Source of the DNA: a virus
Taxonomy: Duplodnaviria > Heunggongvirae > Uroviricota > Caudoviricetes
Reading direction: 5' to 3' (one strand)
Length of the DNA stretch: 4,548 bases
IMG/VR virus record: IMGVR_UViG_2671180296_000009
Shown here: piece by piece, positions 1 through 4,548 of the stretch
Layout of the letters: each line of letters starts with the position of its first letter
Numbering within the stretch: the stretch's first letter is position 1
Program-made: the position numbers and the translations under genes
Notes under the pieces: generated by a model
Database searches by the model: none
What the model was told of the DNA's origin: nothing
The model's input: the letters and a program-made list of their open reading frames with translations, nothing else

Positions 1-656
<656 letters not shown>

Positions 657-674
657 ATTTTATAACCCCAATAC

Positions 675-700
675 GGGCGCCAGAAATGGCGCTTTTTTAT
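675..700 (+). terminator. Rho-independent terminator candidate between J and lom
   Basis: Stem GCGCCA (677-682), loop GAAA, stem TGGCGC (687-692), followed directly by TTTTTTATT (693-701). Confidence 0.6.
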
Positions 701-722
701 TGCAGAAAAGCGAGAGGTAATT

Positions 723-1322
723 ATGCGTAAATTATGTGCTGTTATTCTGTCTGCAGTAGTCTGGCTGGTCGCCGCTGGTACGCCAGCGAGTGCAGCAGAG
801 CATCAGTCCACACTAAGCGGCGGGTATCTTCAGTCCCATACTGATATGCCCGGAAACGATGACCTGAAGGGCATTAACGTGAAATACCGTTATGAGTTTA
901 CGGACACGCTGGGGCTGGTGACGTCATTCAGCTATGCAGGAGACAAGAATCGCCAGCTGACCCGTTACAGTGATACCCGCTGGCATGAAGATTCCGTTCG
1001 TAACCGCTGGTTCAGCGTAATGGCGGGGCCGTCTGTGCGCGTGAATGAATGGTTCAGCGCGTATGCGATGGCGGGTGTGGCTTACAGCCGTGTGTCGACT
1101 TTCTCCGGGGATTATCTCCGCGTAACTGACAACAAGGGGAAAACGCACGATGTGCTGACCGGAAGTGATGACGGTCGCCACAGCAACACGTCTCTGGCGT
1201 GGGGGGCTGGCGTGCAGTTTAACCCGACCGAATCCGTGGCCATTGATATTGCTTATGAAGGCTCCGGCAGTGGTGACTGGCGCACTGACGGTTTCATCGT
1301 GGGTGTCGGTTATAAATTCTGA
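723..1322 (+). CDS. lom: Lom outer-membrane beta-barrel protein (Ail/Lom/OmpX family), a lysogenic-conversion moron
   Basis: 199-aa ORF. Shine-Dalgarno GAGAGG at 713-718, 4 nt before the ATG. N-terminus MRKLCAVILSAVVWLVAAGTPASA/AEHQ is a typical Sec signal peptide with an AxA cleavage site. The translation is near-identical over most of its length to lambda Lom as I remember it (…GINVKYRYEFTDTLG…SFSYAGDKNRQLTRYSDTRWHEDSVRNRWFSVMAGPSVRVNEWFSAYAMAG…SLAWGAGVQFNPTESVAIDIAYEGSGSGDWRTDGFIVGVGYKF). Same position as in lambda, between J and stf. Confidence 0.93.
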   Translation: MRKLCAVILSAVVWLVAAGTPASAAEHQSTLSGGYLQSHTDMPGNDDLKGINVKYRYEFTDTLGLVTSFSYAGDKNRQLTRYSDTRWHEDSVRNRWFSVMAGPSVRVNEWFSAYAMAGVAYSRVSTFSGDYLRVTDNKGKTHDVLTGSDDGRHSNTSLAWGAGVQFNPTESVAIDIAYEGSGSGDWRTDGFIVGVGYKF

Positions 1323-1348
1323 TTAGCCAGGTAACACAGTGTTATGAC

Positions 1349-1377
1349 AGCCCGCCGGTTCAGGCGGGCTTTTTTGT
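1349..1377 (+). terminator. Rho-independent terminator candidate downstream of lom
   Basis: Perfect 8-bp stem AGCCCGCC (1349-1356) / GGCGGGCT (1363-1370) with 6-nt loop GGTTCA, followed by TTTTT (1371-1375). It ends about 10 nt before the stf start. Confidence 0.65.
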
Positions 1378-1386
1378 GGGGTGAAT

Positions 1387-3477
1387 ATGACAGTAAAGAT
1401 TTCAGGTGTCCTGAAGGACGGAGCGGGTGAGCCTGTCGTAAACTGTGCGATTGAATTGCGTGCCAGAAGAACCAGTCCGACAGTTGTGGTTAATATTGTG
1501 GCAACCTGTCTTACGGGAAGTGATGGCGGGTATACTATTAATGCTGAGCCGGGATTTTATGATGTATTTTTGTCCCGCTCAGGGCATCCTCCTGTAAAGG
1601 CGGGGGAAATTTATGTTGCACCGACAGATGAGCCGGATACGCTGAATGCTTTTCTGGATGCACCAAAGGAGGGTGATTTACGCCCTGAGGTAATGAAGCG
1701 TTTTGAGGAAATGGTAAATACCGTTGTTCGCTTGTCTGAGCAGGTGGTCAGTGACAGGGAGAGAGCAGAAACAGCGGCTGATGATGCAATCAATGCAGCA
1801 ACATCTGCGGCGGTTAGTAAGGATGAGGCAGAAGAGCTAAAAAATCAGACACAGCAGAGCGCCGAAGCTGCAGCCGGAAACGCACAGCAGACCGCGCAGG
1901 ATGTGGAGGCAACGGTCACCGCCCGTGATGATGCGGAACGTTTTGCGGGTGAGGCAGAAAACAGCGCACAGACATCAGGCACAGCGCGGGACGAATCAGT
2001 CGATGCCGCCGAACGTGCCCGCCTTTATCATAATGCCGCATCATCAGCTGCAACCAGCGCGGAAAATGCAGCAAATGCTGCACTCGGGCATGAAAATAAC
2101 GCTGCCGAATACGCCCGACAGGCTAAAGACAGCCAGGATGCAGGTGCAGACAATGCGCAGGAAGCGAAACAGTACAGGGATGAGGCGCAGCAGATAGTTG
2201 ATGACCTGAATGCAACAAATGCCAGCACGACAGAAAAAGGTCTGGTGCAACTGTGTAGTGATACGGACAACGACAGCGATGAACTGGCTGCCACGCCAAA
2301 GGCTGTCAAAGCCGTCATGGACGAAACGAAAACAAAAGCGCCACTGGACAGCCCGGCCTTCACCGGCACCCCAACCACCCCAACCCCACCGGATGATGCC
2401 GCCGGTCTGGAAGCAGCGAACGCAGCGTTTGTGCGCAAACTGCTTGCTGCGCTGGTTGGCTCATCGCCGGAAGTTCTGGACACCCTGAACGAGCTGGCAG
2501 CGGCGCTGGGCAATGACCCGAACTTTGCGACCTCAATGATGAATGCGCTGGCAGGCAAACAACCGCTTAATGACGTCTTAACGGCAATCAGCGCACTGAC
2601 GCAACGGGCAGATAATCTTCTGTACTTCAATACAGACGGGAATGCCTCACTGTCTCTGCTGTCAGAGAAGGGCCGCGCATTACTGGCGCATGACACGGCT
2701 GAAGCCATGCGCACGGAGCTTGAGCTGAACGCGGCTGCGACGATGGAACCCCAGAGTGATATCCGTGACCGCACACCGGGCAGGCTGGCCCTGTCCGGGA
2801 TGTATGGGTTTGGACAGGCATTCACCAGAGCCGAAGCTCTGTCATTTAACGGACAGGCTGATTTCGTTATATGGCTGCAGACAGTCACACCGGGGCGTTA
2901 TGCGGTCAGTATTGCGGACTCTTCCACGCTGCTGAAGGGGACCACGAAATTTAACGGTATCATTGATGTGATGTGGTCACCGTCTGATAACGACGAATCA
3001 GACACGGCGCGTAAATTCAAAACGCTGCTGTACTACAACCAGTATTACGAGGATGAGCACAACATACATTGCATGCGTTATCATTACAGTGATAACACCT
3101 GGACCGCAACATCAAACATGATTGTGTATGACGGCAACTCCCTGGCATATCTGATGTCCTCAACCGCCGGTAATGGTCCGTTCTCATATTACCAATACCC
3201 GGCACTTGGCGTGCCGATTATGGCGGTATATCAGGGAGAAAGTTTTGGTGAAAATGCTTCTCTGGGACTCGGTGATACTGTGCCGGGTTCCCGTCTTGGT
3301 CCTCTGGCCATGAGTGCACCGGTTAGTGATACAGGGACATACGCATCCTCACCGCAGGTTGTGATTGGCGGTGCCGGTGAATACAACTTCCCCGGTCGTT
3401 ACACGGCGCTTTCTGGCCTGGGTAACAATTATGGTACTCAGCGTGGCTTTATCGGTCTTTTTGTACGCATTGAGTAA
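1387..3477 (+). CDS. stf: Side tail fibre protein (Stf-like), mosaic: lambda-Stf-like N-terminus, Ala/Glu/Asp-rich shaft, conserved fibre motifs, divergent C-terminal putative receptor-binding domain
   Basis: Open frame 1381-3477. I place the start at ATG 1387 (GGGG at 1378-1381 as a Shine-Dalgarno-like element, 5 nt spacing); GTG 1381 is the alternative used by the ORF track. N-terminus MTVKISGVLKDGAGEPVVNC resembles lambda Stf MAVKISGVLKDG…. The central part carries motifs recurring in P2 gpH / Mu S / lambdoid Stf fibres: ATPKAVK (2287-2307), SPAFTGTPTTPT (2350-2385) and LNELAAALGNDPNFA. The last ~250 aa have no motif I recognise. Confidence 0.88.
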   Translation: MTVKISGVLKDGAGEPVVNCAIELRARRTSPTVVVNIVATCLTGSDGGYTINAEPGFYDVFLSRSGHPPVKAGEIYVAPTDEPDTLNAFLDAPKEGDLRPEVMKRFEEMVNTVVRLSEQVVSDRERAETAADDAINAATSAAVSKDEAEELKNQTQQSAEAAAGNAQQTAQDVEATVTARDDAERFAGEAENSAQTSGTARDESVDAAERARLYHNAASSAATSAENAANAALGHENNAAEYARQAKDSQDAGADNAQEAKQYRDEAQQIVDDLNATNASTTEKGLVQLCSDTDNDSDELAATPKAVKAVMDETKTKAPLDSPAFTGTPTTPTPPDDAAGLEAANAAFVRKLLAALVGSSPEVLDTLNELAAALGNDPNFATSMMNALAGKQPLNDVLTAISALTQRADNLLYFNTDGNASLSLLSEKGRALLAHDTAEAMRTELELNAAATMEPQSDIRDRTPGRLALSGMYGFGQAFTRAEALSFNGQADFVIWLQTVTPGRYAVSIADSSTLLKGTTKFNGIIDVMWSPSDNDESDTARKFKTLLYYNQYYEDEHNIHCMRYHYSDNTWTATSNMIVYDGNSLAYLMSSTAGNGPFSYYQYPALGVPIMAVYQGESFGENASLGLGDTVPGSRLGPLAMSAPVSDTGTYASSPQVVIGGAGEYNFPGRYTALSGLGNNYGTQRGFIGLFVRIE

Positions 3478-3491
3478 TGAGGAAATCAGGC

Positions 3492-4070
3492 ATGAAAATC
3501 AGAGCGGTGAAAGGTATCAGAAACGCACATTATCTTGAAAATGGTGCGGTTGACTGCGAGGTGTTATTTGAAGGTGAAACGGAGTTCGTCCTGTATACCG
3601 CCATACAGGATGATATGGCCCCGACAGGCCAGCATGTCTGGCAGGAGCTGCAAAGCGGGAAATGGGGCGAAATCGCCCCGTTCACCGTCACGCCGGAACT
3701 TATTGCAGCGGCAAAGGATGCCAAAAGGCGGGAAATTGAGGCATGGCGAGACAGTCAGGAAAACGTTGAGTTTATTTTCACGTTTGATGGCCGTCGTTTT
3801 GATGGCGGAAAAACCTCGCAGTCACGCCTTGCCCCCGTGGTTGCAACAGCACAGGCCGGACTGCTTCCGGAGGGTTTTTTCTGGACTGATGCGGATAATA
3901 ACAACGTCGTACTGACCAGGGAGAAACTTATTGCGCTGAACGATGCCATGATGGTGGCCATGGTGACGGAGGGTTTTAAAATCCACGAACGTCAGCGGGA
4001 GATGAAGGAACAACTGAATAATCTGGATGATTTGCGTTCAATCAGGGAAATGGTGATTAGCGATAATTAG
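3492..4070 (+). CDS. Putative tail fibre assembly chaperone (not lambda-Tfa type); function inferred mainly from position
   Basis: Open frame 3477-4070. ATG 3477 overlaps the stf stop (TAATG), but ATG 3492 has the better ribosome-binding site (GAGG at 3479-3482, 9 nt spacing), so I call 3492; 3477 remains possible. Sits immediately 3' of stf, where phages encode the fibre chaperone. It lacks the conserved lambda-Tfa C-terminal block that is present in the downstream remnant. Confidence 0.65.
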   Translation: MKIRAVKGIRNAHYLENGAVDCEVLFEGETEFVLYTAIQDDMAPTGQHVWQELQSGKWGEIAPFTVTPELIAAAKDAKRREIEAWRDSQENVEFIFTFDGRRFDGGKTSQSRLAPVVATAQAGLLPEGFFWTDADNNNVVLTREKLIALNDAMMVAMVTEGFKIHERQREMKEQLNNLDDLRSIREMVISDN

Positions 4071-4126
4071 CGGTCAATTCCGGGCTTTTTGGGCGCGCTT
4101 TCCGCCCAGAATTATACGTCAATTAG

Positions 4127-4375
4127 CCCAGAAAAAATCGCGAAGTTACAATTGGCCCGGCAACACCACTGAGTCATACAGCGAAACTTGATACTGTTCG
4201 TGTAGCCATAATGGAATGCTGCTCCACGCTGAATCTCCCGTTTGTTGATATGCGTGATGTGGTGAACAGCAGTAACAGGCAGCTGTATACAGGGGCTGAC
4301 GATGTTCACCCTAATGATGTCGGTCATGTTTTCGGGGGCTGCAGGCAGCAATGCGGGTGTTGCAGTTTTATGTGA
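4127..4375 (+). other. Short open frame (ATG at 4211, 54 codons) containing an SGNH/GDSL-hydrolase block-V-like motif; possibly the 3' remnant of an esterase gene or a chance ORF
   Basis: Frame-2 translation …[25 protein letters not shown]… contains D-x-x-H-P-N-x-x-G-H (nt 4298-4327), which resembles block V of SGNH hydrolases (consensus about DGxHPNxxGy, with the catalytic Asp and His). No blocks I-III are present and there is no room for them after tfa ends at 4070. Confidence 0.2.
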
Positions 4376-4548
4376 TACAGATAGCCAGTGAGCATATTGC
4401 GCCGCTTCAGGATGCTGCAGATCTGGAAATTGCAACGGAGGAAGAAAACTCGTTGCTGGAAGCCTGGAAGAAGTATCGGGTGTTGCTGAACCGTGTTGAT
4501 ACATCAACTGCACCTGATATTGAGTGGCCTGTAATACCAGAAGTTTAA
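4351..4548 (+). pseudogene. tfa: 3' remnant of a lambda-type tail fibre assembly gene (tfa); only about the last 57-60 codons are Tfa-like, N-terminal part absent
   Basis: Translation from about 4369 ([59 protein letters not shown]) matches the conserved C-terminus of lambda/Rac/Qin Tfa as I recall it (…[53 protein letters not shown]…). Codons before 4369 (MRVLQF) are not Tfa-like, and a stop precedes the ATG at 4351. Confidence 0.7.

Noticed and set aside
914-921. Chi-like octamer GCTGGTGA inside lom
   Set aside because: One mismatch from the canonical Chi site GCTGGTGG, so it is not a functional Chi by sequence.
1901-2488. Plus-strand alternative-frame ORFs inside stf (1901-2197, 2210-2488)
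   Set aside because: Out-of-frame overlaps with the well-supported stf frame; the translations are Arg/Pro/Gln-rich, typical of off-frame reading of GC-rich coding sequence.
2028-2888. 286-aa ORF on the minus strand (also 2044-2250, 2627-2821, 1611-1793 and 3017-3205 minus-strand ORFs)
   Set aside because: They lie antisense within stf, mostly across its Ala/acidic-rich region where GCN/GAN codons remove stop codons on the opposite strand. The translations are low-complexity Ala/Ser-rich strings with no ribosome-binding site or recognisable domain.
3530-4013. Overlapping ORFs within the chaperone gene (3530-3724 minus, 3535-3915 plus, 3755-3961 minus, 3822-4013 minus)
   Set aside because: All overlap the 3492-4070 frame, which has the ribosome-binding site, the operon position and coupling to stf; the alternatives show no features.
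4112-4513. 133-aa minus-strand ORF spanning the spacer and the tfa remnant
   Set aside because: It overlaps, in antisense, the segment whose plus-strand translation has clear Tfa C-terminal homology; its own translation has no recognisable motif. Kept only as a minor alternative in the finding on 4071-4377.
2400-4548. Invertible tail-fibre segment (pin/gin/cin-type) with alternative fibre tips
   Set aside because: The remnant tfa is in the same orientation as stf rather than inverted, there is no inverted stf C-terminus, and I could not find a pair of inverted ~26-bp crossover sites or an invertase gene in the window. Cassette replacement fits better than site-specific inversion.

Overview
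This window reads as the distal tail-fibre module of a lambdoid (lambda-like) enterobacterial phage or prophage, all on the + strand: the 3' end of the central tail fibre / host-specificity gene J, the outer-membrane moron lom bracketed by two intrinsic terminators, a 697-aa mosaic side tail fibre gene (stf), a 193-aa gene in the tail-fibre-chaperone position, and about 480 bp of degenerate sequence ending in the 3' remnant of a lambda-type tfa gene. I found no tRNA, rRNA, CRISPR array, IS element or clearly novel multi-gene system. The points most worth follow-up are an apparent 1-nt frameshift that truncates J, evidence that the receptor-binding end of stf and its chaperone were swapped in as a cassette, and a small unexplained stretch with an SGNH-hydrolase-like motif. 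All homology statements rest on reading the translations against remembered protein families; no search was run.
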